Source: a virus (lineage: Duplodnaviria; Caudoviricetes). From it: a DNA stretch of 55,349 bases. How positions within the stretch are numbered: the stretch's first letter is position 1; every line of letters begins with the position of its first letter. A program made the translations under genes and the position numbers. Location of the stretch: the IMG/VR virus record IMGVR_UViG_3300034025_000046, positions 1 to 55,349 of that record; one strand, given 5' to 3'. Positions 27,939 to 36,874 of the stretch are shown here, one piece after another. Under the pieces are notes generated by a model. It saw only the letters and a program-made list of their open reading frames with translations, had not been told where the DNA came from and did no database searches.

Positions 27939-28014
27939 TGGACCCGGTGTCGGGAATTGAACCCGCTCAATCCGCTTTAGAGGCGGTTGCTTCAACCAAC
28001 GAAGCTCCACCGGG
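27939..28014 (-). tRNA. tRNA with CUA anticodon (amber-suppressor type)
   Basis: CCCGGTG GA GCTT CGTTGGTTG AAGC A ACCGC CT-CTA-AA GCGGA TTGA GCGGG TTCAATT CCCGA CACCGGG T CCA; 76 nt, perfect 7-bp acceptor stem, encoded CCA; deviations G8, A27.A43, G49.A65. Confidence 0.8.
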
Positions 28015-28020
28015 GTAATG

Positions 28021-28103
28021 TCTCACGGGCCAGACACTACCCTGGCCGACAACCTGTTACGCCGGTGGGCCGCACCTGCGTGCTTCGTCAGGTCGCCGTG
28101 AGA
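28021..28103 (-). ncRNA. Candidate structured RNA (multi-stem junction) upstream of the tRNA
   Basis: TCTCACGG/CCGTGAGA closing stem; inner stems CGACCTG/CAGGTTG, GCAC/GTGC and GGCCAG/CTGGCC. Confidence 0.4.
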
Positions 28104-28381
28104 TCTGAATGCCTGATGCCGTAGCAGAGCAGGGACGAGTATCAGTGACCGTAATCAGCGCCCAAGCTGTCGCAAAGGCCGTCCGCCTACCCGGATTTCG
28201 TCGGACCCGTTACCTAACTTCCAAGAGTCGGGGCGAGACTTGGATTCCCGCTGGCCGAAACCACACACTGAACTTTGCCGCCGAAGCGGTCTTGAGGCGG
28301 ATCATGTAGGGGCGCTGACCGAACCTGCCGACGTCAAGCGCAAATCGGAAGACTGCATATCGCCGCACGGCGCGCTTGAAG

Positions 28382-29017
28382 TCAAGCCTTGGTAAAGCCC
28401 CACATGCGAGCGAGGATGTTTAATCCACAGCGAAGCACGCCAAGGTGCTCGGCCGATTGCAGCAAGCTCGCATCGTCCCACAGGATGACGCGGGACATGG
28501 CATAGCTAGCGCCGCGTGTTTCGAGGCGACCCTCCATCTCCCACAGGGCGGACGTGAGTTCGCTCGCATCCCGGCGAATGCGGTCGATGATGTCCCGGCG
28601 GCGGCGCGCATCCGTCTCGTCCCAGGCCAATTCCGGGTCCAGTCGGTCGTAAGGGTCGCTGCCCGACGCACACGCGATCCTCGCCAGGAGAGGGCAGCCG
28701 TAGCCGGGCCGGGTATCGTCGAGGACGGACATGGCGGCCTGGATACGAGCGAACCGCTTCCCGGCCTCGAGCTGCGACTTGGCGATGCCCCCGGCGACAT
28801 AGAGGCGCCCGAAGGCAGTGGACAGAAGCGGGTTGTCCGCGTCGCTTTTCTCGACGCCGAAGTGGCGCACGCGCGCATCAAGTCCGGCCGCCATCACGCT
28901 CTCCTTGCTCTCGCCTACATCGGCGCGCACGATCCTCCTGTTCGCGTGTCGCTGGACATTCTGCCGGGGCGGTCGCCCGGCGCCAGAGAACGTCTTCCGC
29001 CTGATCTCTGCCACCAT
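28382..29017 (-). CDS. Putative late-gene activator/antiterminator (DUF6456-like, Q-equivalent position)
   Basis: RBS AGGAGG; AGRP N-terminus, STAFGRLYVAGGI...QLEAGKRF, LRCGLNILARMWG; last gene before the late leader. Confidence 0.6.
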   Translation of the reverse strand: MVAEIRRKTFSGAGRPPRQNVQRHANRRIVRADVGESKESVMAAGLDARVRHFGVEKSDADNPLLSTAFGRLYVAGGIAKSQLEAGKRFARIQAAMSVLDDTRPGYGCPLLARIACASGSDPYDRLDPELAWDETDARRRRDIIDRIRRDASELTSALWEMEGRLETRGASYAMSRVILWDDASLLQSAEHLGVLRCGLNILARMWGFTKA

Positions 29018-29073
29018 CACGATCCGCCTCCTGTCAGGGGTGTCTTTGCGTCGGTGAAGAACGGGGACGAGCC

Positions 29074-29313
29074 TCACGCTCCACCCTCCACCGGCTCGTA
29101 TTCCTTCGTGAACAACCAATGGGCCATCGTCCTGATCTCGCCATCGGGACGGCGGAGGATCCAGGCTTCGTCGAGCGTGGCACAGGCGATCATCGCCTCA
29201 TTCTCACGGTCGGCCTCGATCTCACGCACCCATCCGGGCACAGGATCGGAGAAGCCCATGCGGAAGGCTTGGATGATGGGGCCACGGGGGCGGTAGAGGG
29301 TCATCGCGAGCAC
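29074..29313 (-). CDS. Hypothetical protein
   Basis: WILRRPDGEI....LFTKEYEPV, a common type of small phage protein. Confidence 0.6.
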   Translation of the reverse strand: MLAMTLYRPRGPIIQAFRMGFSDPVPGWVREIEADRENEAMIACATLDEAWILRRPDGEIRTMAHWLFTKEYEPVEGGA

Positions 29314-29867
29314 CTTGTGGGCGGCCGTACACCAATCGCGTGGCTAGGCAGAGACCAACGAGAAACGTACTCACCTCGGTATATACACCAACCGTTGTTC
29401 GGGATTTTCTTGCTCATGCGCTTAGCAAAAGCCCTAGTAGACCTTTTTTCGCGCCGTTTAACGGCGTCTTGTATCAAACGAGCGCGGCGGGTGTCAGGTT
29501 CTAGCAATCGTCTGAGGCACCCGATGCCATTCCTTGAGAGCAACCATGATAGCCACAATTCAACAGTGGCCGATTTTTTATAGCGAGCGGACCGCCTCTC
29601 ATACTTCGAGTATTCTATTTCACATTGATAGCAGGCAAATTCATTGCTGGCGATGAGCATGCCGAGCTCAAAACGCATTTTTCCACACAGCCTGCAATGG
29701 AATCCGCACGTGTAGACAAGATCATCTATCGTGGGACATCCCTCGAACTCAGGATTAAGGCATACCTCTAACCAGACCTCGGAAAACCGATATCTGACGT
29801 GATTAAATCCGCGGCTTTGAAATATGATCGAAGCCGCGGATTTTCTATTTTCTTCGACCGAGATCAT
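29301..29867 (-). CDS. AT-rich hypothetical protein with CxxC pairs (possible Zn-binding)
   Basis: CRLC...CYQC; basic C-terminus; ATGA overlap. Confidence 0.55.
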   Translation of the reverse strand: MISVEENRKSAASIIFQSRGFNHVRYRFSEVWLEVCLNPEFEGCPTIDDLVYTCGFHCRLCGKMRFELGMLIASNEFACYQCEIEYSKYERRSARYKKSATVELWLSWLLSRNGIGCLRRLLEPDTRRARLIQDAVKRREKRSTRAFAKRMSKKIPNNGWCIYRGEYVSRWSLPSHAIGVRPPTRCSR

Positions 29868-30142
29868 TCGGCCGCCAATTGGAGCGGTTGGTGAGGCAGT
29901 TTACGTTCCGCATCCATGTGGGCGTAAGCGTCCATCTCTAGTCTCACCGAGGAGATCGCCGCGTTCGCGAGGCGCGCGATTGCATGCGCCCGCGCTTGGT
30001 CGGACTCTCCATTGCGGAGGCTATCGATCTCATCCAACAGGACATCCCTCAGGCCAGCAGTGTTCCTCTTCATCACAAGGCGTGTGGTCATCGCGTCCAT
30101 CTTAATCTCCTGTGTGTTGAACTCATCCGTCTTGTGCTTCAT
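29864..30142 (-). CDS. Hypothetical protein
   Basis: ATGA-coupled in the operon; LRDVLLDEIDSLRNG. Confidence 0.65.
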   Translation of the reverse strand: MKHKTDEFNTQEIKMDAMTTRLVMKRNTAGLRDVLLDEIDSLRNGESDQARAHAIARLANAAISSVRLEMDAYAHMDAERKLPHQPLQLAAE

Positions 30143-31122
30143 GCCGCCCTCCCCTTCCGTCTCGCATCACGTTCGAGACGAAGCTCTTCACCCGCACCGT
30201 CCCGCAGCAGAACATCGTTCCAGTCGTCGCCAGCCGCGCTCGGGATCTCGACGCTGGCCGTTAGCCCACGCACGGCCAATCGGTGCGCGAGCGTGTAGGC
30301 CGCAGCGGCACCGCCGAATTTCGGATCGTTGTCACCGAACACGACGACTTCGCGGACACCGTCTGGCGGGATCCACGAGGCCAGCATCGTCGAGTTGAGC
30401 GCAGCCCAGCAGGGCACGCCGAACAGGCTCGACGCAGCTAGGGCCGTCTCGATTCCCTCCGCGATCCCAAGCACATCGCCAGGCTTTGCAAGCCATACCG
30501 AACTGCCTTTCGGGATTGCTCCCGGCATGATCCTTCGGGGCGCCTCGACGTTGGCCTTTTGACCGTCAGAGGTCAGATACGTCCGGTGCAGCGTGGCGGG
30601 CTTTCCATCGGGACCGACCACCATCGTGATCATTGCCGGGTGATAGCTGGGGGGATCGGCCTCGTACCTCACGCGGGATGCCGTCCGCAGGCAAATAGGA
30701 ACGCTGGACAGACCCGTGCGTCGGTGGAGATGCCGCCACACAGGATCGCCCTGCCGAACGGGCTCTGACGAGGTCCAGAGGCGATTCATGGCCGCTCGAT
30801 TGTCGCCCTCGCTGCGCTGACGACGGGGGCGCTCCACACGCGCACCCCCAATCAAGCCTTCGATGCGCGTTGCCGCCTCTTTGAAGTCGATTCGGTTGAC
30901 AGCCATGACGAGGGCCACGCCGTCACCGGCCTGCGGGTCAGTGCATTGGTGGCAGATCCACGTGCCCCGGTTATCTTTGTTGTCGAACAGGAACCGGTCC
31001 TTGCCGCCACCACATATCGGACAGGCGGTATGTTTGCCCGTGAGGTAGCGGGCATCCACCCCTAGCAACGGCAGGATCGCCCGCCAGCGACCGAGGGCGC
31101 GTTCCCTAAGCGGCGGGTGCAT
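30139..31122 (-). CDS. DNA primase (Zn finger + TOPRIM)
   Basis: HTACPICGGGKDRF...WICHQC; HRTYL; IAEGIETALA; FGDND; DWND. Confidence 0.9.
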   Translation of the reverse strand: MHPPLRERALGRWRAILPLLGVDARYLTGKHTACPICGGGKDRFLFDNKDNRGTWICHQCTDPQAGDGVALVMAVNRIDFKEAATRIEGLIGGARVERPRRQRSEGDNRAAMNRLWTSSEPVRQGDPVWRHLHRRTGLSSVPICLRTASRVRYEADPPSYHPAMITMVVGPDGKPATLHRTYLTSDGQKANVEAPRRIMPGAIPKGSSVWLAKPGDVLGIAEGIETALAASSLFGVPCWAALNSTMLASWIPPDGVREVVVFGDNDPKFGGAAAAYTLAHRLAVRGLTASVEIPSAAGDDWNDVLLRDGAGEELRLERDARRKGRAA

Positions 31123-32596
31123 GGTGCGCCCCCCGCTGTTTGGCGAACGCGATCATCCGCGATTTCACGTAGGACCGGACCTCCGGCGAAGGCGGCAGGG
31201 CGACCTCGATGTGCCCGCGTGGCCAGACCTGGAACTTCTGACGGTATTGGTTCGCAACCCAGCCGGACTTGTACCCACGCTCGTGGGCGAGCCCGAGCAG
31301 CATCGAGTACCAGCGTTGTTTGGTCTCCCGATCGGCCTTCTTCGATGCCGCCGCGAGCGGATTGCCATGCCGGTCGAACTCAATCAGCTCGCCATCCTCG
31401 CACTTGATCCCAGGTTGCTTTGTGACCTTGAAGCCGCAGGCCGGGCAGACCTGGACCTTCGGCGGACGGAGGAACGAACACGACGGACATTCCTTCGGGA
31501 GAGCCTCTTTCGTCTCCCGCTCAGCGGCCGGACGCGGAGAACCGTCGTCAAGCCGCTCGTGCCGGATGTCCGTCACGAAACCGAGCCTGAGATGCGTGTC
31601 CGAGTGATCAAGGATGAGCAGATCGTCCTTGTCCGCCGCAGTCCTCAGTCCGCGCCCGACGATCTGAACGAACAGCATCTCCGACCGGGTAGGCCTAGCA
31701 AGGACGATGCACCTCACGTCCCAATCGACGCCCGTGGTGAGGCACCCAACGTTGCAGACGACCTGGATATGCTTCTTCTCGAATCGCTTGCGGATGCTCT
31801 CGCGTTCGTCACGCGTCGTGTAGGCGTCGATGTACGCGGTCGAAACGCCGGCATCCTGGAACTTCTCCTCCAGCGACTTGGCGTGGGCCCGATCAACAGC
31901 GAAGCACAGGGTCGGTCGATCCTGCCCCTTCTCAAGCCAGGTCGAGACAACGTCCGCGACCAGAACGGGCTCGTTCATCACTTCGGCCAATTCGCCTTCG
32001 TGATAATCGCCCGCGACCGTGTGGACCTTGGACAGGTCGGGATGCGAAGGGGCATAGACCCTGAACGGGGCAAGATACCCCTCGTCAATCAGGTCTTCCG
32101 TCGTGGCGGCGATCAGCAAAGCGTCGTAATGCTTGCCGAGGCCTTTCGTCCACGGCGTCGCAGACAACCCGACGAAGGGCACGCGCTGCCACGACGGATC
32201 GGACATCCACGAACCGTACATGGCGAACCAGCGATGCGCCTCGTCCACCACGACGATGTCGGCCGGCGGAATCTGCCGGCGCTGGAGCGTCTGGACGCTC
32301 GCGATCTGGACCGGCTTCGACGGATCCGTGAAGGGGTGTCCGCCCTGCATCACGCCGACATCCCGGATACCTTCGTCGAAGAACGCCGCGAAGGTTTGGT
32401 CGATGAGCGAGAGCGCCGGAACGGTGAAAATGACCCGTTTGCCCTTGGCCCTGGCGCCCTCGACGATGGCAGCGGCAAGCAGCGTTTTTCCGAAGCCAGT
32501 CGGGGCTTGAAGCATCGGCCGACGATGCCCGGCCATGAGGGATTCTCGCAGCATGGCGAGCGCGCGGCCCTGGTGGGGACGAAGATCTCGGTTCAT
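31106..32596 (-). CDS. SF2 (DEAD/DEAH-like) helicase with C-terminal Zn ribbon
   Basis: APTGFGKT, VDEAH, LSATP, QIVGRGLR, CPSC...CPAC. Confidence 0.92.
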   Translation of the reverse strand: MNRDLRPHQGRALAMLRESLMAGHRRPMLQAPTGFGKTLLAAAIVEGARAKGKRVIFTVPALSLIDQTFAAFFDEGIRDVGVMQGGHPFTDPSKPVQIASVQTLQRRQIPPADIVVVDEAHRWFAMYGSWMSDPSWQRVPFVGLSATPWTKGLGKHYDALLIAATTEDLIDEGYLAPFRVYAPSHPDLSKVHTVAGDYHEGELAEVMNEPVLVADVVSTWLEKGQDRPTLCFAVDRAHAKSLEEKFQDAGVSTAYIDAYTTRDERESIRKRFEKKHIQVVCNVGCLTTGVDWDVRCIVLARPTRSEMLFVQIVGRGLRTAADKDDLLILDHSDTHLRLGFVTDIRHERLDDGSPRPAAERETKEALPKECPSCSFLRPPKVQVCPACGFKVTKQPGIKCEDGELIEFDRHGNPLAAASKKADRETKQRWYSMLLGLAHERGYKSGWVANQYRQKFQVWPRGHIEVALPPSPEVRSYVKSRMIAFAKQRGAHHAPAA

Positions 32597-33141
32597 GACG
32601 GCAGCCTCCCGAACGGAGCGTCGTCGGACCAAGCGAATGGGCGTGAGGGGTTGTGATCACCTCTACCGTCGAGCCTGGGACTTGCCTGATCATCGCTAGG
32701 ACCCGAAGGGTTCTGGTCTCTGGCCTCTGGTCTCTGGGCTTTATCCCGACCGTTATCCGTTGGCTTAACACGGGGGTTAACCCCTCCCTTAAGGCCGGGG
32801 TTGCCGCCGCGCCGCCCATTGGCTTTATCCCGAGCGGCCTTTTCTGAATCGCGCCTCATTCGTCGCGAGAATAGTGTCCCGTCACCATCACGGCTGAGGA
32901 CGCCGTTCTCATCAAGTTCGACGATCAAGGACCCGACCAGCTTCGACGCTATGCCGGTCAGGGCCGCAAGCTGCGCCTCCGATACCGGCTTACCCTTGAT
33001 CAGTAGAGATCCAGCCGGCTCGCTCTCGTGCATGATGCAGAGCATCTCGATCCAGAGACCGCGCGCAGCAGCGGAGCACAGCCGGAGAGCTGGGTCGGAA
33101 CGCCAGTCGGACGGATAGAACTTAAACCAGGGCGAACTCAT
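32593..33141 (-). CDS. Replication initiator-like protein (N-terminal wHTH)
   Basis: PWFKFYPSDWRSDPALRLCSAAARGLWIEMLCIMH...SRRMRRD...NGRRGGNP. Confidence 0.75.
   Translation of the reverse strand: MSSPWFKFYPSDWRSDPALRLCSAAARGLWIEMLCIMHESEPAGSLLIKGKPVSEAQLAALTGIASKLVGSLIVELDENGVLSRDGDGTLFSRRMRRDSEKAARDKANGRRGGNPGLKGGVNPRVKPTDNGRDKAQRPEARDQNPSGPSDDQASPRLDGRGDHNPSRPFAWSDDAPFGRLPS
32712..32833. other. Candidate replication origin inside the initiator gene
   Basis: GGCTTTATCCCGA direct repeat (32737, 32821), GGGGTTAACCCC palindrome (32773-32784), TCTGG repeats; lambda O-like placement. Confidence 0.45.
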
Positions 33142-33422
33142 CGCGCGCCCTTGGATGCGTTGCACGGCCCGCAAAGAGGCTGAATGTTGTCGATTGCCTC
33201 CGATCCTCCCCGTGAGATCGGGACGATATGGTCCTTTTGGAGGGCTCGATCAGACGCGCCGCAGATTGCGCAGCGACCAACTGCGTCCCGCTTGGCGACC
33301 CACTGCTCGTTCGTGTGGGTGCCGAGATCACGTGCAGCGTAGAGCCGACGGCGACGTCTCTTATAGGGCGGGAGGGACAGCAGCCATTCTTCATCCGTTG
33401 TGTTCGGATTGTAGAAGCTCAT
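33138..33422 (-). CDS. HNH endonuclease
   Basis: CAICG...DHIVPISRGG...NIQPLCGPCNASK. Confidence 0.88.
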   Translation of the reverse strand: MSFYNPNTTDEEWLLSLPPYKRRRRRLYAARDLGTHTNEQWVAKRDAVGRCAICGASDRALQKDHIVPISRGGSEAIDNIQPLCGPCNASKGAR

Positions 33423-33465
33423 CGCTGATCTCCGTCTGCGATATACAGCGGCATCCAAGGAGGGC

Positions 33466-33843
33466 TCATGCTCCCCTCCCCTGTCCGGCTTCACGCCACG
33501 GCAGATTCCATTCGCTGGCGAGGCGCTGGACATCCGCCCACGACTTCACAATCCCCACCGGATAGCCGACATCGCGGATGGCATCGTGGATGTCGCGCTG
33601 ATGGGCGGGTGCGTATTGTCCAGGTAGCTTCACCTCGACGTACCAGTGGTGCGGGCGGTCGTTCCCGTCCCGGCCGATGATCTCGAGATCAGGCCAGCCG
33701 GCGATGGCACCCATGCGTTTTTCGATTGCGCCCGCGATGGCAGAGCGAGGCTTGTTCGCGCAGTGGTGGACGATGAAGCCCGACGGAAGGCACAGCCGCA
33801 GACCTTCCACGAGCGACACCTGGAGGAGTTGTTCTCCCTTCAT
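33466..33843 (-). CDS. VRR-NUC / PD-(D/E)XK nuclease (resolvase-like)
   Basis: E..LQ...HCAN...GAIAGWPDL...YVEVK...Q. Confidence 0.8.
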   Translation of the reverse strand: MKGEQLLQVSLVEGLRLCLPSGFIVHHCANKPRSAIAGAIEKRMGAIAGWPDLEIIGRDGNDRPHHWYVEVKLPGQYAPAHQRDIHDAIRDVGYPVGIVKSWADVQRLASEWNLPWREAGQGRGA

Positions 33844-34070
33844 GGCTTCTCACCCGATGCAGCTGAGCCGAGCACCGTGGTCAGGTCAGCCTCGGCCTCG
33901 GTCGCCGGCGGCGCCTCTCCGCAGATGAGCTGGAAGGCGATCGGCGGTTCACCCCGGCATCCGGCCCACCATTGCCGGGCCGCTTCGGCATCAGCCTCGG
34001 TGAATTGTCGACCGCAGGTGCAGCGATCGGGCGGTGACGAGCAGAATGTCGTGTCGCGGAAGCACAGCAT
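33840..34070 (-). CDS. Small Cys-rich hypothetical protein
   Basis: MLCFRDTTFC...CTC; RBS GAGGG. Confidence 0.6.
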   Translation of the reverse strand: MLCFRDTTFCSSPPDRCTCGRQFTEADAEAARQWWAGCRGEPPIAFQLICGEAPPATEAEADLTTVLGSAASGEKP

Positions 34071-34073
34071 CCC

Positions 34074-34859
34074 TCAGCCCTCCCGATCCGAGGTCGCTGG
34101 CGGCGTGGTGGAGCGGCGCGGGGACGGGAGGGCATCGAAAGGCAACCAGAATTTGGGCCACAAAGGTTCCGATGTATCGTAGGCCATGACCCAAGTGGGA
34201 TCGTAATCATTTGGAGACCCGCCTTCCTCTTCTGCTACTTCCTCTGCAGTCATCCACATGACTTGGTGGACACCGGTTTGATTAAGCCACGCCCATATTA
34301 TCTGCCCGTCCTTCGGAGCAGTCTCGATCGGCCGCCAAGCCTCCGCCACGACCGGGCTGGCAGGCGCGTCGCGGAGGACGGCGTCGATCCGATTGATTTC
34401 AGGATCGCCGGCGCCGTGCTCCCCGGCTCCCACGTACCCGGATGCGACCAGATCACGTCGAGCCTGCATGAGCGCCACATGCAGCTTCGCGACATGGTCA
34501 GGGTGACTGGCGACCGGGGTGGCAGGCGGGGTGGAAGCGCGCATCCGTCGCGAGTTGTCGCGAAGGTGCGTGAGCAGCCCTTCCTTGATCATGTCGAACT
34601 GGCGATCGAACTCAGCCGTCACTCGGATCGTGTAGACCTCGAGATTCCGGATCGCCGCGTCAAAGCCATCGAGATAGCCGGTGCGCCACGCGACCTCACC
34701 CGCGCCACTCGGGGCCGGGGTGGCGGACGTGATGGCCGCCAAGGCCGCCCGCATCTTGCCAGCGGTCAAGACAACCGGGGCGGTGTCCGCCGTCAGCTTG
34801 TGCGGCGTGAGATAGGCCAGGGCTTCCGCGGCCGTCATTTTGTCCACGATGGTCGTCAT
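34074..34859 (-). CDS. Modular accessory protein with C-terminal DUF551-like domain
   Basis: WRPIETAPKDG...P.FWLP...P; Pro/Ala linkers between domains. Confidence 0.7.
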   Translation of the reverse strand: MTTIVDKMTAAEALAYLTPHKLTADTAPVVLTAGKMRAALAAITSATPAPSGAGEVAWRTGYLDGFDAAIRNLEVYTIRVTAEFDRQFDMIKEGLLTHLRDNSRRMRASTPPATPVASHPDHVAKLHVALMQARRDLVASGYVGAGEHGAGDPEINRIDAVLRDAPASPVVAEAWRPIETAPKDGQIIWAWLNQTGVHQVMWMTAEEVAEEEGGSPNDYDPTWVMAYDTSEPLWPKFWLPFDALPSPRRSTTPPATSDREG

Positions 34860-35062
34860 GCCGCCCTCCTCAATCCACGTTCAGCGGCAATCCGAGCCTG
34901 ACGGACAGGATCGTGGTTCCACCATGCGATAGGGGTGCAATGGGCTGGATACGGGCAGTACGGACGGCCCCCGTAGCCGTTTGAGCCGTAGGTGGTCTCA
35001 CCACAGGCGGAACAGATTGCGGGCGCTGGCGGGGCGTAGGTGCGGGCACGCGGGACGGCCAT
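34856..35062 (-). CDS. Small Zn-finger-like hypothetical protein
   Basis: CSAC...CPYPAHC. Confidence 0.55.
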   Translation of the reverse strand: MAVPRARTYAPPAPAICSACGETTYGSNGYGGRPYCPYPAHCTPIAWWNHDPVRQARIAAERGLRRAA

Positions 35063-35064
35063 CC

Positions 35065-35532
35065 TCAGCCCTCAGCGCACATGGCGGCAGGCGAGCCGGT
35101 ATAGGATCCGGCATACGCAGCCCGGCCGGCGCTCGACGCGCGAGCGGCGCATCCCTCGGTCGGGATGGCGACCTCGCCATGGCCGTCCTTGAAATGGTCC
35201 CGGAGGTCGAGCAGGTGTTCGTTGCAGGCTGTTTCGCGCTTCGCCGGGCAGCACCCAACGTCATCGCGACGATCCGCGCGGCGCAGCTCGGCTTCGCGGT
35301 TGCGCTCGATCTTCGGACGCGGCGGGACGACAGGCTCGCGCTTCGCGACTTCCTGGCCCGACCGGAACGACGGCTTGAAGCCCAGGTCGATGTCGAGGAA
35401 CCGCCTCGCCAACAATCGCTCTGAGATGCCCGTCTCGCGGCCAATGGCCTTCAACGGCTTGTTCTGCCGGCGCATGGCGATGGCTTTGAGGAACTGGTCT
35501 TCCGTCCAAGGTACGGGCTTGCCGGCGGGCAT
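35065..35532 (-). CDS. Hypothetical protein with GcrA-like N-terminal HTH
   Basis: WTEDQFLKAIAMRRQNKPLKAIGRETGISE. Confidence 0.6.
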   Translation of the reverse strand: MPAGKPVPWTEDQFLKAIAMRRQNKPLKAIGRETGISERLLARRFLDIDLGFKPSFRSGQEVAKREPVVPPRPKIERNREAELRRADRRDDVGCCPAKRETACNEHLLDLRDHFKDGHGEVAIPTEGCAARASSAGRAAYAGSYTGSPAAMCAEG

Positions 35533-35804
35533 CAGGCGACCTCTCGGATGGAGACGTGGGGAAGGCTGACGGGGCCGCTCGCGTCGGTCGCGATGCCCAT
35601 GCTGTCGCGGTTGCGCTCACTGCGGGCGACGCTGCGGGCAAGGCGTTGTTTCGCCTGTCGCCGCCGCTCCCTGGCGCGCCAGAGCAGGTTGTAGACCTCG
35701 GCCTCGCGCTTCCGACTGCCGAAGAACAGGGCGATTTCTTCCGTCGTAGCCCCGTGGTCCCACAGGCGGCAGACGACGGCGGGATCAATCCGACGACCGG
35801 ACAT
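35532..35804 (-). CDS. Small HTH-like hypothetical protein
   Basis: LWDHGATTEEIA...EAEVYNLL. Confidence 0.6.
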   Translation of the reverse strand: MSGRRIDPAVVCRLWDHGATTEEIALFFGSRKREAEVYNLLWRARERRRQAKQRLARSVARSERNRDSMGIATDASGPVSLPHVSIREVA

Positions 35805-36226
35805 CAGGATCGCTCCCCGATGCCGGCCTCGGCCATCAGGGCTCGCGCGGCGGCAAGGTGCCGCTCAATCTCCCCCATACGATCCGCCATCGCGCCGCCA
35901 CCCAGCGCCCTAGCCATCCCCAACTCATGGTTCAGCCTCCCGATTTCGTTCTGTAGATCTCGGATGGCGTAATCGGTCAGGCGATCCCTCACCGTCACGT
36001 CGAGCCGCTTCAAGCGGTTGCGAGCGAGCGTGTAGAGGGTGCCTGGAAGTACGCCGATCCGACGAGCGAGCCGCGCTCTCGCTTCGTCTCGCGAGCCGCC
36101 GTGGCGGCGTTGTTCTCGTTCCTCAAGGCCACGCGCCACCGTCCGCGCGTGGTCCAACACAGCCGAAGTCATGCGGCGCTCCTGCGGCTTCTTTGTCCAA
36201 GATTCTGGGATGATCGGGCCTGCCAT
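35804..36226 (-). CDS. Putative transcriptional regulator (CII-like position)
   Basis: ARARLARRIGVLPGTLYTLAR HTH-like; RBS AGGAG. Confidence 0.6.
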   Translation of the reverse strand: MAGPIIPESWTKKPQERRMTSAVLDHARTVARGLEEREQRRHGGSRDEARARLARRIGVLPGTLYTLARNRLKRLDVTVRDRLTDYAIRDLQNEIGRLNHELGMARALGGGAMADRMGEIERHLAAARALMAEAGIGERS

Positions 36227-36389
36227 CGTGGGCTCCTATGCTGGCAAGCACGGAGCAACAGACCATGGAGGCCGACGACAGAGCGACGACCGTAACGAGA
36301 GCGACGGGTGCTTGGCAGCTTTACGTCGAAGCTCTCATGGAAGGATCGAGACACTTCGCCCGTCGCGTTGGCGGGCGTGAAGAGAAGGC

Positions 36390-36454
36390 GGGCGGCTCGA
36401 TGCACGAGGCAGAGCCGCCCAAGGTTCCGGCCGCCACAGGGGAGGCGCGGCCGG
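36390..36454 (-). ncRNA. Tandem hairpins with an anti-SD-like loop (cuckoo-like)
   Basis: CCGGCCGC-GCCTCCCCTGTG-GCGGCCGG followed by GGGCGGCTC-N13-GAGCCGCCC. Confidence 0.4.
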
Positions 36455-36536
36455 GTCGGGGAAACGGACGAGCACGCCAGCCAACGCGAGACATGCGGCT
36501 GGCGGCTCTCCGATCGGGCAACGATAACGAGCCCGG

Positions 36537-36659
36537 TCATTGCGGATCATCCTGCTTGAAAGCCCAGCAGGCGGCGAAACCACACAGCGCCAGACCCGAC
36601 GCTATGAAGAGCGCGGCTCCCGCGAACAGCTTGGCGAGGATGGGATAGGCGTCGCCCAT
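36537..36659 (-). CDS. Small single-TM protein
   Basis: MGDAYPILAKLFAGAALFIASGLALCGFAACWAF. Confidence 0.45.
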   Translation of the reverse strand: MGDAYPILAKLFAGAALFIASGLALCGFAACWAFKQDDPQ

Positions 36660-36660
36660 G

Positions 36661-36873
36661 TCAGGCGACCTTGCGTCGTTTGAGGAGCCGGCCGTTCGCG
36701 GCAACTTCCCAGAGCAGCTTGCACACGCTCTCGATGATCTCGGGATCGTTGCGGATCGTGAGGATTTCCGTGCCGTCGAGCGAGAACAGCACCGCCAGTT
36801 CGCTCGTGTATCCAGCACGGACGCGAGCATGCTCGTCATCGGCATGGTGGATGAAGCCAGCGAGGTCGGCCAT
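36661..36873 (-). CDS. Hypothetical protein
   Basis: Tightly packed in the pR operon. Confidence 0.55.
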   Translation of the reverse strand: MADLAGFIHHADDEHARVRAGYTSELAVLFSLDGTEILTIRNDPEIIESVCKLLWEVAANGRLLKRRKVA

Positions 36874-36874
36874 G

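Noticed and set aside
27846-28010. N-terminal extension of ORF 27528-28010
   Set aside because: It overlaps the tRNA; a better start with an RBS lies at 27845
27939-28014. tRNA-Pyl / pyrrolysine system
   Set aside because: It shares the CUCUAAA loop but has a normal GG D-loop, a TTC T-loop and U73, and no pyl genes are present
28060-28095. Hammerhead ribozyme (CTGACGA on the minus strand; also near 26855)
   Set aside because: No correctly placed GAAA core or stem III
31121-32656. Long antisense ORFs (31121-32656, 21698-22930, 18463-19437, 47057-48439 and others)
   Set aside because: Shadow frames of real genes in GC-rich DNA, with no motifs
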